Assembly (NCBI GenBank): GCA_016283615.1
Contig: JAEENG010000071.1
Span: 4,768-68,767 of the forward strand
DNA length: 64,000 nt
Reading direction: 5' to 3'
DNA from: Treponema sp.
Lineage (GTDB): Bacteria > Spirochaetota > Spirochaetia > Treponematales > Treponemataceae
This document shows positions 28,177 to 37,672 of the stretch, one piece after another. The notes under the pieces were generated by a model that saw only the letters and a program-made list of their open reading frames with translations, searched no databases and had not been told where the DNA came from. The position numbers and the translations under genes were made by a program. Position 1 is the first letter of the stretch; each line of letters opens with the position of its first letter.

Positions 28177-28707
28177 ATGAATTTCGTGATTCTGGGGGTG
28201 GGATCCAACAGGTCATGGCAGGGGAATGACAAACTTAAACTTCTCAGACTTGCTTTTGATAAGCTTGGCGCCGTGCTCTCAGAATTAAAATGTTCTTCAG
28301 TGTACCGCACAAAACCAATGTACGTAGAAGATCAGGATGACTTTTACAATATGGCTGTGTGCGGTTATGCAGAAGACGATGTTTCTCCATTCGATTTATT
28401 AAAATCCGTAAACAAAATAGAAGCCGAACTTGGCCGTAACAGAAAAAAAGAAATCAGAAACGGACCGCGTTCAATCGATATCGATATCGAAATTTTCGGC
28501 AGCCGGCAAATCAACACAAAAGATTTACAGATTCCTCATCCGCGCATAAAAGAAAGAGCATTTGTACTCGTTCCGGCTCTTGAGATTTTGGGACAATCTG
28601 CCGATTCTAAAATAAGGCAGACCTTCGCAGAATACCTGCTCGAGACAGACAGCAGTGGTGTACAGAAGGTTTGTGACAGCAAGGATTTTATAAATATAGA
28701 GGTGTAA
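28177..28707 (+). CDS. folK: HPPK (2-amino-4-hydroxy-6-hydroxymethyldihydropteridine diphosphokinase)
   Basis: LGVGSN, SSVYRTKP, GPRSIDIDI, IPHPRIKERAFVL. Confidence 0.95.
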   Translation: MNFVILGVGSNRSWQGNDKLKLLRLAFDKLGAVLSELKCSSVYRTKPMYVEDQDDFYNMAVCGYAEDDVSPFDLLKSVNKIEAELGRNRKKEIRNGPRSIDIDIEIFGSRQINTKDLQIPHPRIKERAFVLVPALEILGQSADSKIRQTFAEYLLETDSSGVQKVCDSKDFINIEV

Positions 28708-28710
28708 AAA

Positions 28711-29487
28711 ATGGAAGAACAGTTAATTCAGACGATGGAAGAGGAAGACACAGCAAAAGTTAAACACCGCTATACCGCCGGCGAATTTGAAGGCCCGCTC
28801 GATCTGCTCTGGGCTTTGATCCGCGACAATAAAATCAATATTTACGATATTCCGATTGCACAGATTACAGAACAGTTCCTCGAGTATCTGGACTACGCGT
28901 CACAGGTAGACCTCGGAGACCTGAGTGAATTCTACAATATGGCCGCAAGACTTGTTTATATCAAAAGCCGCATGATGCTCCCGGTAGAAGTTAAACTTGA
29001 TGACGACCTTGATTTTGAAGATCCGCGTGAAGAACTTGTAGAAAAACTTATTGAATACCAGAAGTTCAAGAAACTTTCTGCCCTCATGGAAGAAAAAGAA
29101 GATGAAAGCGAATGGAATTTTGAACGTAAAAAGATACAGCGAGTGCTTCCGTTCGAAGATGAAGATATGTGGCAGACAGTTGATACCTGGGATTTGCTCC
29201 AGCAGATGCAGAAAATCTTCCAGAACCTGATAAGTTCATATTCAGATTCAAAAATTATTGATATGTACGAAGAGATTTCTGTAAATGAAAAAATTACCCT
29301 GATGAACGAACTTCTCGAAAAGAAAAATGAATGTATGTTTACAGATCTGATTGTTAGAAAGGGCAATGTTCTCGACGTAATCTGCGCCTTTATGGCACTT
29401 CTGGAAGCCGTAAAATTCAAGATTGCCATAATTATGCAGAACAGAATGTTCGGTGATATAAAAATTTGTCGCTGTAATGCTGCATAA
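28711..29487 (+). CDS. scpA: Segregation/condensation protein A
   Basis: FEGPLDLL...IYDIPIAQITEQFL; FMALLE. Confidence 0.95.
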   Translation: MEEQLIQTMEEEDTAKVKHRYTAGEFEGPLDLLWALIRDNKINIYDIPIAQITEQFLEYLDYASQVDLGDLSEFYNMAARLVYIKSRMMLPVEVKLDDDLDFEDPREELVEKLIEYQKFKKLSALMEEKEDESEWNFERKKIQRVLPFEDEDMWQTVDTWDLLQQMQKIFQNLISSYSDSKIIDMYEEISVNEKITLMNELLEKKNECMFTDLIVRKGNVLDVICAFMALLEAVKFKIAIIMQNRMFGDIKICRCNAA

Positions 29488-29544
29488 AGCCTTAAACAAT
29501 TAAAAAAAATAATATAGAATACAAAATCAGGAATTAAATAAAAG

Positions 29545-30090
29545 ATGGAAGTAAATTTGGATAAAGAAGTCGGCTTTGTTGAATCCGTACTGTTTCTGGA
29601 CAGCGAGCCCCTTACCGTAGAAGCAATTGCAAAAATTACCGAACTTTCTGAAGATGTTGTTGAACGCTGTATCGAAGCTCTGAAAGAAAAATACACTCAG
29701 GAAACATCCGGCGTCGAATTATCACTTATTACAGGCGGCTGGACTTTAACTCCTAAAAAAGAATACTGGGAAAACCTCAAGGAACGTTACGGAAACAAAA
29801 ATGCAGGGCGCCTGAGCCGTTCGGCAATGGAAGTTCTTTCAATCATCGCATACAAACAGCCTGTAACCCGTGCAGAAATTGAATCAATCCGCGGAGTTCC
29901 GCCGGACAATATGATCCGCCTCCTTGTTGAGCGTCAGCTGATTAAAGAAGTTGGCCGTAAAGAAGGTCCTGGAAGACCTGTTCAGTTTGGAACAACAAAA
30001 GAATTCTTAAAATTCTTCGGGCTTAATTCAATTTCTGAATTACCAAGACTCGACGAAAAAGAAAACGAGAGGTTTGAACTTGCCCGCTGA
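29545..30090 (+). CDS. scpB: SMC-Scp complex subunit ScpB
   Basis: LSIIAYKQPVTRAEIESIRGV; GRP...TTKEFLKFFGL. Confidence 0.96.
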   Translation: MEVNLDKEVGFVESVLFLDSEPLTVEAIAKITELSEDVVERCIEALKEKYTQETSGVELSLITGGWTLTPKKEYWENLKERYGNKNAGRLSRSAMEVLSIIAYKQPVTRAEIESIRGVPPDNMIRLLVERQLIKEVGRKEGPGRPVQFGTTKEFLKFFGLNSISELPRLDEKENERFELAR

Positions 30091-30817
30091 TACAAATCCA
30101 GTCAGACTTCAATCCTTTTTGGCCCACTGCGGTGTTGCAAGCCGGCGCGCGAGCGAAAAAATTATTTCAGATGGCCGTGTAGCCGTAAATGGTGTTGTCG
30201 TAACCGAAATGGGCACACGCGTCCTTCCGGATGACGAAGTTACAGTTGACGGAAAAAAGGTTACCCTCGAAGAAAGAAAACTCTATATCCTGATGAATAA
30301 ACCTGCGGGCCTCGTATGTTCGCAGTCAGATGAAAAGGGCAGGGAAGTTGCAGTTTCCCTGCTTAAGGAAAAATACTCTGAGCGCCTTTACAATGTCGGC
30401 CGTCTTGACATGTACAGCCGCGGCGCAATCATCTTTACCAATGACGGCGATTTTGCCGCCAGACTAAGTCATCCTTCAAGCCAGATAGAAAAAGAATACT
30501 ATGTAGAAACAAGTTATCCTCTTCCCGAAGACCTTGATAAAAAGTTTGAAAAAGGTCTGCGCGTAGAAGGAGTTTTTTACAAGGCTAAATCTGCAAGGGT
30601 TTTGAGCAGTCACAAAATGGACGTTGTTCTTGTTGAAGGCAAAAACCGCGAAATCCGAAAAGTGTTTTCAGACGCCGGCGCCACGGTCAGAAGCCTTAAG
30701 CGCGTAAGAATCGGAAACTTACGTCTCGGAAACCTGCAGGAAGGTGAATTCAGGGAATTGACAGAGGGAGAAGTTAAATCTCTTTTAGATTTGTGTCAGA
30801 AAAAAACGGAGGCATGA
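30074..30817 (+). CDS. rluB: 23S rRNA pseudouridine synthase (RluB/RsuA family)
   Basis: S4 domain (GVASRR), VGRLD, EGKNREIR; typical position after scpB. Confidence 0.85.
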   Translation: MNLPADTNPVRLQSFLAHCGVASRRASEKIISDGRVAVNGVVVTEMGTRVLPDDEVTVDGKKVTLEERKLYILMNKPAGLVCSQSDEKGREVAVSLLKEKYSERLYNVGRLDMYSRGAIIFTNDGDFAARLSHPSSQIEKEYYVETSYPLPEDLDKKFEKGLRVEGVFYKAKSARVLSSHKMDVVLVEGKNREIRKVFSDAGATVRSLKRVRIGNLRLGNLQEGEFRELTEGEVKSLLDLCQKKTEA

Positions 30818-30822
30818 TATAA

Positions 30823-33183
30823 ATGATTATTGCAATGGACGGACCTGCAGGAACAGGAAAATCAACTATCGCATCTATTATTGCAAAAAAACTCGGCATT
30901 ACTTATTTGAACAGCGGAAGTTTTTACAGGGCTCTTACCCTTGCACTTAATGGAACTGACATCGATATAAGCGATGCTCAGAAAGTTCTTGAATTCTGTA
31001 AAAAACAAAAACTTGAATACGTAAACAGCCGGCTTGTCCTCAACGGGACAGACGTAGAAGACCGTCTCCATGACGACGCAGTCAGCACAAGAGTAGCTCA
31101 GGTTTCGAGCAATGTGGAAGTTCGTCACCTTGTAAATGAACGCATGCAGGAAATCACAAAGAGTCTTGATATCATCTGCGAAGGCCGTGATATGACTACA
31201 GTTGTTTTTCCCCAGGCTGAATATAAGTTCTACCTGGATGCATCGATTGACGTGCAGGCCCAGAGGCGCTTTGACCAGGGCGTTTCCAACATGACTCTGG
31301 AAGAAGTAAAGCAGGCAATTATCAAACGTGACGAAATCGACAGAAATAAAAAAGAAGGCGCCCTTAAACGCGCTGAAGACGCCGTATATATTGACACATC
31401 TGCCTTGACGATTGAGCAGGTTTGTGAGATAATATTAACCAAAATTCACAAAAAAGGGTTTAATATGGAACAGATGGAAGTGGAAAATGGTGAAGGTCTT
31501 GAATCAAAGACTTCAATCCAGACACAATTAGAGGAGTCTCTTAAGAGCTTCAAACCTCTTGAAGATGGTCAGTTTGTTGATGGTACTGTAGTTTCGGTTA
31601 CAGATGATCTTGTATTCATTGATATTGGTGCTAAATCAGAAGGCAAGATTCCTACTCAGGAATTTGCCGGAAAGCTCCCGAATGTCGGTGATGTTTTGTC
31701 AGTTGTTCTTGTACACTTGAATGGACGAAACGGTCCTGAAGTATCGTTCAGCAAGGCACAGTCTAAACAGTTGTGGAAAGATCTCCGCAAAGCCGCAGAT
31801 GAAAAAACTCCGGTAGAAGGAAAAATCGAAAAAGAAGTTAAAGGCGGTTTTGATGTAAGCCTCGGCGGTGACATCCACGCATTCCTTCCAATCAGTCAGT
31901 CAGACAGCACAAAGGTTGAAGACCCTAAAAAGCTTATCGGTCTTGAATCTAAGTTCTATATTGAACGTCTTTATTCAGACAACAAGGCTAACGTAGTAGT
32001 TAACCGCCGTAAATATCTTGAAGAAGCAATGAACAAAAATCGTGATGAGTTCTTTGCCAATACTCAGGTTGGTGACACAGTAAAAGGTACTGTAAAATCA
32101 TTTACAAGCTTTGGTGCATTTATCGACCTCGGCGGATTTGACGGACTTCTTCATATCAACGATATGAGCTGGGGTCACGTTACCCGTCCAAAAGACTTTG
32201 TTAAAAAAGAGCAGGAAATCGAACTCAAAGTTATCTGCCTCAATCCGGAAGATAAGAGAATCAACCTTTCCCTCAAGCATTTTTCTGAAGACCCTTGGAT
32301 GCACTTTGAGGAAAAATATCATGTTGAAGACATCGTAGAAGGTACAGTTACAAAACTTACTGACTTCGGTGCATTCATCGAACTCGAAGAAGGAATTGAA
32401 GGTCTCGCTCACATTTCTGAATTCAGCTGGACTAAAAAGATTAACAAAGCATCTGACATGGTTAAGATCGGCGACAAAGTTAAGTGTATGATTTTGGGCT
32501 ATGATATCCAGGCAGGTCGCGTATCTCTCGGTCTCAAGCAGACAACTCCAAATCCTTGGGATTCAATTGCAGAAAAATATCCTGTTGATTCAACAGTTCA
32601 CGGAAAAATCGTTAAAATTACAAACGCAGGTGCATTCGTACAGTTTGAAGACGGTATCGAAGGTTTCCTCCGTGCAGAAGATATTTCATGGACAAAGAAA
32701 GTTAAGCACCCAGGTTCTGAACTTTCTGCTGACCAGGAACTCGATGTTAAGATTCTCGAAGTAAATCCTGAACAGCGCCGCATCTCTGTTGGTATCAAGC
32801 AGCTTACTGCTAACCCTTGGAAAGAATTCGCTTCAAAATACAGCACAGGTTCAACACTTGAAGGCGAAATCACTTCCATCACAGACTTCGGTGTATTTGT
32901 AAAGGCTCCTGAAGGAATCGAAGGTCTTGTTAACAAAGCAAATCTCAGCGATGACAAAGAAGTTCCATACGAAGAAGCAGTTAAAAAATACAATGTCGGC
33001 GACAAACTCAATGTTTACGTAGTTGACATTAACGTTGATAAGGAAAAAGTTGGTTTTTCAGTTAAAGAATTCAAAAAGGCACAGGCACGTAAAGAAATTA
33101 ACCAGTACATGTCTTCATCAGATAATGACGGTGACGGTGCTTACACCCTTGGCGACATGCTTAACGACCAGAAAAACAACTAG
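30823..33183 (+). CDS. cmk-rpsA: Bifunctional cytidylate kinase / 30S ribosomal protein S1
   Basis: N-terminal Cmk (DGPAGTGKST, EGRD) in frame with six S1 repeats (e.g. FGAFIDLGGFDGLLH). Confidence 0.93.
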   Translation: MIIAMDGPAGTGKSTIASIIAKKLGITYLNSGSFYRALTLALNGTDIDISDAQKVLEFCKKQKLEYVNSRLVLNGTDVEDRLHDDAVSTRVAQVSSNVEVRHLVNERMQEITKSLDIICEGRDMTTVVFPQAEYKFYLDASIDVQAQRRFDQGVSNMTLEEVKQAIIKRDEIDRNKKEGALKRAEDAVYIDTSALTIEQVCEIILTKIHKKGFNMEQMEVENGEGLESKTSIQTQLEESLKSFKPLEDGQFVDGTVVSVTDDLVFIDIGAKSEGKIPTQEFAGKLPNVGDVLSVVLVHLNGRNGPEVSFSKAQSKQLWKDLRKAADEKTPVEGKIEKEVKGGFDVSLGGDIHAFLPISQSDSTKVEDPKKLIGLESKFYIERLYSDNKANVVVNRRKYLEEAMNKNRDEFFANTQVGDTVKGTVKSFTSFGAFIDLGGFDGLLHINDMSWGHVTRPKDFVKKEQEIELKVICLNPEDKRINLSLKHFSEDPWMHFEEKYHVEDIVEGTVTKLTDFGAFIELEEGIEGLAHISEFSWTKKINKASDMVKIGDKVKCMILGYDIQAGRVSLGLKQTTPNPWDSIAEKYPVDSTVHGKIVKITNAGAFVQFEDGIEGFLRAEDISWTKKVKHPGSELSADQELDVKILEVNPEQRRISVGIKQLTANPWKEFASKYSTGSTLEGEITSITDFGVFVKAPEGIEGLVNKANLSDDKEVPYEEAVKKYNVGDKLNVYVVDINVDKEKVGFSVKEFKKAQARKEINQYMSSSDNDGDGAYTLGDMLNDQKNN
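31405..31467 (+). promoter_or_regulatory. Putative internal promoter, RBS and in-frame ATG for stand-alone S1
   Basis: TTGACG-N17-GATAAT with TG extension (31405-31433), then AAAGGG SD and in-frame ATG 31465 at the domain boundary. Confidence 0.55.
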
Positions 33184-33192
33184 TTAGTTTCG

Positions 33193-34749
33193 ATGAGTGA
33201 ACTTAATTCTCTCAGTTTAGAAAAACTAAAAACACTCATCGAGATTAACGGACGAATAAATTCAAATTATTCTGACGTCAACGCATTGATGGTTTATATT
33301 CTTGAATCAGCAATGCGTCTTGTTGAATGTGAGTCTTCTTCTCTCCTTCTGGTGAATAAAGAAGATGAATCATTACGTTTCGTAGTTGCCCTCGGCCCTA
33401 AAGGTGCCGAGGCAATGAATATTCCCGTAGAAAAGAGCAGTATCGCAGGCTGGGTTGCCGAAAAAAATGAGGCAGTTGTAATCAACAATGTTGGTTCTGA
33501 CCCGCGCTTTTCTACTACAGTTCAAAATAAAACCGGCTATATTACAACAACTATGATTGCAATTCCAATGCGCATCCGCGGACAGTGCATTGGTGTAATC
33601 GAGCTGCTCAATAAATCAGATAACCGAAAATTCGATAACGAAGACCTCGAAATCCTCGAACTGCTTTCCAATCAGGCCGCAATTGCCTACACAAACGCAG
33701 ATTCATTCCGTACAGCAAAAGATAATATTTCTGTATTGCAGAGCAATGTAGCGAGCGGAACTGAATATCACTCGTTTGTTGCAAAAAGCCCGCAGGTTCT
33801 CGATCTCCTTCACGTTATTGATGAAGTTGCAACTGCAAATACAACAATTCTTATCACAGGCGAAAGCGGTGTAGGTAAGGAACTTTTTGCAGAACAGATT
33901 CACCTTAAGTCAAACCGCAACGGAAAACCATTTATCCGCGTAAACTGTGCGGCTTTGTCTCCGGCCCTTCTTGAAAGCGAACTTTTTGGTCACGTAAAAG
34001 GCGCCTTTACAGATGCTGTAAGTGACAGGGAAGGCCGTTTTGAAGCAGCCGACGGCGGAACACTCTTCCTCGACGAAATCGGTGAACTTCCTCTTGAACT
34101 GCAGGCTAAGCTGCTCCGTGTTCTACAGAATCACAGTTTTGAACGCGTAGGTTCAAGCAAGACGATAAATGTTGACGTTCGTATCGTTGCGGCTACAAAC
34201 CGTGACCTTGAAAAAATGGTTAGTGAGGGCACATTCAGAAGTGATTTGTTTTACAGACTGAATGTAATGCCTTTAAATATTGTTCCTTTGCGCGAGAGAA
34301 AAGAAGATATTCTTCCGCTTGCACAGTTCTTCCTTACAAAATTCAGAAACGAAACAAAAAAGAATTTTGAAGGTTTTTCTACTTCGGCAATCAACGCTCT
34401 TTACAGTTATTACTGGCCTGGCAATGTCCGCGAGCTTGAAAACTCAGTTGAACGTGCCTGCGTATTGGGAAAACCACCATATATTCAGGCGGAAGATTTG
34501 CGTATTTCTTCTGCCGGTGCAGGAGCAGCTGATACAAAAACCTGCTTTGAAAAAATTGCATCTGAAGTGCTTGAAGGCTCAGACGGAGACCGCTCACTTA
34601 AAACTGCAATCAATAAGTTCAAGGCGGCTTATGTTAAAAAGGTTCTTACCGAAACTTCATGGAATCAGACCGAGGCAGGTAAGATTCTTGGAATTCAGAG
34701 AACTTACGTATCCCGTCTGCTTAACGAACTGCATATCAGGGAAAATTAA
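33193..34749 (+). CDS. GAF-domain sigma54-dependent transcriptional activator (NifA/FhlA-like)
   Basis: N-terminal GAF, GESGVGKE, ESELFGHVKGAFTDA, FLDEIGEL, WPGNVRELEN, C-terminal Fis HTH. Confidence 0.92.
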   Translation: MSELNSLSLEKLKTLIEINGRINSNYSDVNALMVYILESAMRLVECESSSLLLVNKEDESLRFVVALGPKGAEAMNIPVEKSSIAGWVAEKNEAVVINNVGSDPRFSTTVQNKTGYITTTMIAIPMRIRGQCIGVIELLNKSDNRKFDNEDLEILELLSNQAAIAYTNADSFRTAKDNISVLQSNVASGTEYHSFVAKSPQVLDLLHVIDEVATANTTILITGESGVGKELFAEQIHLKSNRNGKPFIRVNCAALSPALLESELFGHVKGAFTDAVSDREGRFEAADGGTLFLDEIGELPLELQAKLLRVLQNHSFERVGSSKTINVDVRIVAATNRDLEKMVSEGTFRSDLFYRLNVMPLNIVPLRERKEDILPLAQFFLTKFRNETKKNFEGFSTSAINALYSYYWPGNVRELENSVERACVLGKPPYIQAEDLRISSAGAGAADTKTCFEKIASEVLEGSDGDRSLKTAINKFKAAYVKKVLTETSWNQTEAGKILGIQRTYVSRLLNELHIREN

Positions 34750-34803
34750 AAATTAAAAAAGATTCCGTAGGGGATTTTTGATAAAAAAAATTAGGGGTTA
34801 ATT

Positions 34804-35478
34804 ATGGCAAATAATGAACAGACACCATCAGAAAAATTGAGTGCGGCTCTCGTAAAGTACCGCGCATTTCTTATAGGACTTGCAGTAGTTGTATTTGTTT
34901 TTGTCGCAGTTATCGTACTCGGCACTACAATTTCCAACAAATCTCTCGCTAAAGACCTTTCTGCTCTTGACGCTGTAGAATATGCATTCAAAAAGGATGC
35001 TGACTCAGTAAAAGAAGAAGACTGGGAAGCAAGACGCAACGCCGCTCTTGCAGGACTTGAAACTCTTACCACAAAATCTGGTATTGTTGGTGTACGCGCA
35101 AACATGCTCAAGGCAGACATTCTTTTCCAGCAGAAAGAATGGGAATCAAGCCGCGCTGCATGGGTTGAAGCCGCAGAAACAAAAAAATCGATTTATACTG
35201 CACCAATCTGCTATTATAACGCAGCTGTATGTTCAGAAAATCTCAACGATCTTGATTCGGCAGTTAAATACTACGAAAAATCAATCGACGCTGAAGACTT
35301 CTTCCTCGTTGACCATGCATACTTCTCTCTTGGCCGTGTAAACGAAGCTAAGGGTGATACAGATGCAGCACTCAAAGCATACGAAAAACTCAACGACTTG
35401 CACCCGACATCAAAATGGGCTTCTGTTGCAAAAAGCCGCTCGATTGCAATTTCTGCAGCAGCACCTAAGGCTGAATAA
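34804..35478 (+). CDS. Membrane-anchored TPR protein (YfgM-like)
   Basis: N-terminal TM followed by TPR repeats. Confidence 0.75.
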   Translation: MANNEQTPSEKLSAALVKYRAFLIGLAVVVFVFVAVIVLGTTISNKSLAKDLSALDAVEYAFKKDADSVKEEDWEARRNAALAGLETLTTKSGIVGVRANMLKADILFQQKEWESSRAAWVEAAETKKSIYTAPICYYNAAVCSENLNDLDSAVKYYEKSIDAEDFFLVDHAYFSLGRVNEAKGDTDAALKAYEKLNDLHPTSKWASVAKSRSIAISAAAPKAE

Positions 35479-35514
35479 TTGTAACTAAAACGGGTTTTAT
35501 TTATTTATAAATAT

Positions 35515-36447
35515 ATGAAAAGCGCAGGAAGATTTAGTTCAATAAAATTTACTTTTTTGTCTGTCTCTTTCTGCGCTCTTTTTATGTCCTGCGGGCTTGA
35601 TACAATCATTTCAATTGACCCGCCGACTATCCGGGATAATTCTCCGACATACTCAACTGAAGAATATGCTGTTTTATACATAGATTTTCAGACAAATGAA
35701 TCAAGTTCAAATCTGAATATCGAAGGCGGTTCATTTCTTGGAACTGAAGTCTATTATAAAATTTTCAACAATTACACAAATGCCACTTCTTATCAGAGCA
35801 GTATAGAAAGCGTAAATACCACATCAAACGGTGATGCGGCAGTAACCAAGTTGATTGATACTTACAAATACCAGCCTCTTTTAAAAAAGGTTCGTCTTTC
35901 TTCCGGCACTGTAGTTCAAGTTTCTGACTCGGTTTTTGTTCCGCAGAAAGGTTCAAGCAGAAAGATTTATTTCAGGCCTCACACTTACGCTTCTTCAGAT
36001 TCCATTGACTTTAGAAGTTCGATTGCAATTCCGCACGGTTATAATTCAACTTACAGCGGGGAAGTGTATTCATACATCGGTTATGATTCAACCAGAGGGG
36101 CTGTCACTTATAATTACGTAAAAGCAAGCAGCGAATGGTATGATTCAAACGGAAACGCATTGAATTATGATGATTTAATCTTTTTTGAACCGTACAGAAA
36201 CCTTAGCGGCAGAAACCGTTCCTTTGACTTTTTTGACCAGAACGATACTGGCTTTGAAGAACACGCTGAACCTGTCGATGGTGACGAAGATTATGTGTAT
36301 AATGAAACATGGTCGGACGAAAACAAGGCTACTTACTACGTACATTTTTATGCTGTAGGTGTTGCGATGGACACAACGACCTGTACGTATGCATATTCAC
36401 TTGTCCTGGATCTCGGAATTATTCCGATTAAAAAGGAATCCAACTAA
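35515..36447 (+). CDS. Hypothetical lipoprotein
   Basis: Spirochaetal lipobox LFMS-C; Ser/Thr/Tyr-rich. Confidence 0.75.
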   Translation: MKSAGRFSSIKFTFLSVSFCALFMSCGLDTIISIDPPTIRDNSPTYSTEEYAVLYIDFQTNESSSNLNIEGGSFLGTEVYYKIFNNYTNATSYQSSIESVNTTSNGDAAVTKLIDTYKYQPLLKKVRLSSGTVVQVSDSVFVPQKGSSRKIYFRPHTYASSDSIDFRSSIAIPHGYNSTYSGEVYSYIGYDSTRGAVTYNYVKASSEWYDSNGNALNYDDLIFFEPYRNLSGRNRSFDFFDQNDTGFEEHAEPVDGDEDYVYNETWSDENKATYYVHFYAVGVAMDTTTCTYAYSLVLDLGIIPIKKESN

Positions 36448-36468
36448 AAATCCAAATTTCGGTACCTG

Positions 36469-36497
36469 TTGCAAAAAGCCTCGCTTTTTGTTATATT
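36469..36497 (+). promoter_or_regulatory. sigma70 promoter of tRNA-Arg
   Basis: TTGCAA-N17-TATATT with TG extension. Confidence 0.7.
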
Positions 36498-36506
36498 GTC
36501 TTTACC

Positions 36507-36581
36507 GGCACTTTAGCTCAGCTGGATTAGAGCATCTGCCTTCTAAGCAGAGGGTCGCCTGTTCGAGTCAGGCAAGTGTCA
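36507..36581 (+). tRNA. tRNA-Arg (anticodon TCT)
   Basis: Cloverleaf: acceptor GGCACTT/AAGTGTC, anticodon arm TCTGC-CTTCTAA-GCAGA, T-loop TTCGAGT; CCA not encoded. Confidence 0.95.
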
Positions 36582-36586
36582 ATAAC

Positions 36587-36632
36587 GGAGCATCTGATAA
36601 GTTTAATAACTTTATTAGACGGCTCCTTTTTT
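36587..36632 (+). terminator. Terminator after tRNA-Arg
   Basis: GGAGC-A-TCTGATAA...TTATTAGA-CG-GCTCC followed by a T run. Confidence 0.7.
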
Positions 36633-37660
36633 TATTTTAAACCGATATTGTCCCAGAATTTTATGGATTCCTGGCCGATTCTCCACCATGAGATATTTTG
36701 AATTCCGTTTTCCTGATACATCCGGCAGCGTTCTGTATTTGACTTAATATCATCAAACCAGACTGTAATCATTACCGGTTTTTTGTAGGTAAAATATGGA
36801 ATTCCTTCTGCGTTTCTCTGGATTTTTTTATCAGTTATTTTACGGTCATACTTTAATTTTTGAAGTTTATCGTACGTGTAAGCACGCTTTCCTTCAGTGT
36901 CATCAGACCAGGCTCTTCCGTAAAAAGAAAGACCCATTACAAGCTTTTCCGGCGGAATAATTGTCTTTGCGTAATCAGCAATTCTTTTGCACCATCCGTT
37001 TGAAGCAACAGGCCCTGGTTCACTTGTAGACCAGTGTTCATCGTAAGCCATAACGATAATTCTGTCGGCAATTTTATTTATAGCTTCATAATCATAGGCA
37101 TCGGTGTTGAGTGTTTTAACCCTTGCAGGAACTGCGACAGAAAGACATTTCTGGCCCAGTTTTTCCTTGAGGATCGTCAAGAATTCAAGATAAGCGTCCT
37201 TGTCCTTTGCAGGCACAAGTTCCCAGTCAATCTGCAGTCCGTCGTATGTTTCTGAGGCTTTAATCAAATCTTCGACAATCTGGTCACGAACGTCTTTTTG
37301 TGTCAAAAGCAGGTGAGTCTGGGCTTTGGAATCTGCACTTGAAACGAGGTGAACCCTTCCTGTAAAGTCTGCAAAATGTTCTTCTTTTGCAGGAACATCT
37401 TCAAGGCGGCTGTAAGTGTCGACAGCTTTTACAAAGTAACCGATATCAGAAACCGGAAACTCTTTTGAAAAACGGTCTTCATTTTTAATCATTATGTAAC
37501 CCCAGATTTCGTTGAATTCAACGGCTGAAGCAGAGCGGGCATACGAATAGCCGGTTCTGTCTTCGTCTACAGGGGCTGGAGGTGATTTACAGGATGCGGC
37601 GGTAAAAAATAGTGCTGCCAGTGTAAGTGGCAACACTATCTGTTTGTTAATCAGTTTCAA
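36632..37660 (-). CDS. GH18-family glycoside hydrolase lipoprotein (YaaH/YdhD-like)
   Basis: DGLQIDWE catalytic motif, VMAYDEH, GLSFYGRAW, WRIGQE; lipobox TAAS-C. Confidence 0.85.
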   Translation of the reverse strand: MKLINKQIVLPLTLAALFFTAASCKSPPAPVDEDRTGYSYARSASAVEFNEIWGYIMIKNEDRFSKEFPVSDIGYFVKAVDTYSRLEDVPAKEEHFADFTGRVHLVSSADSKAQTHLLLTQKDVRDQIVEDLIKASETYDGLQIDWELVPAKDKDAYLEFLTILKEKLGQKCLSVAVPARVKTLNTDAYDYEAINKIADRIIVMAYDEHWSTSEPGPVASNGWCKRIADYAKTIIPPEKLVMGLSFYGRAWSDDTEGKRAYTYDKLQKLKYDRKITDKKIQRNAEGIPYFTYKKPVMITVWFDDIKSNTERCRMYQENGIQNISWWRIGQESIKFWDNIGLK

Positions 37661-37672
37661 AACGAATTCCGG

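Noticed and set aside
28956-29696. 246-aa ORF on the - strand
   Set aside because: Antisense to scpA/scpB; its Ser/Phe-rich composition is the mirror of Glu/Lys codons.
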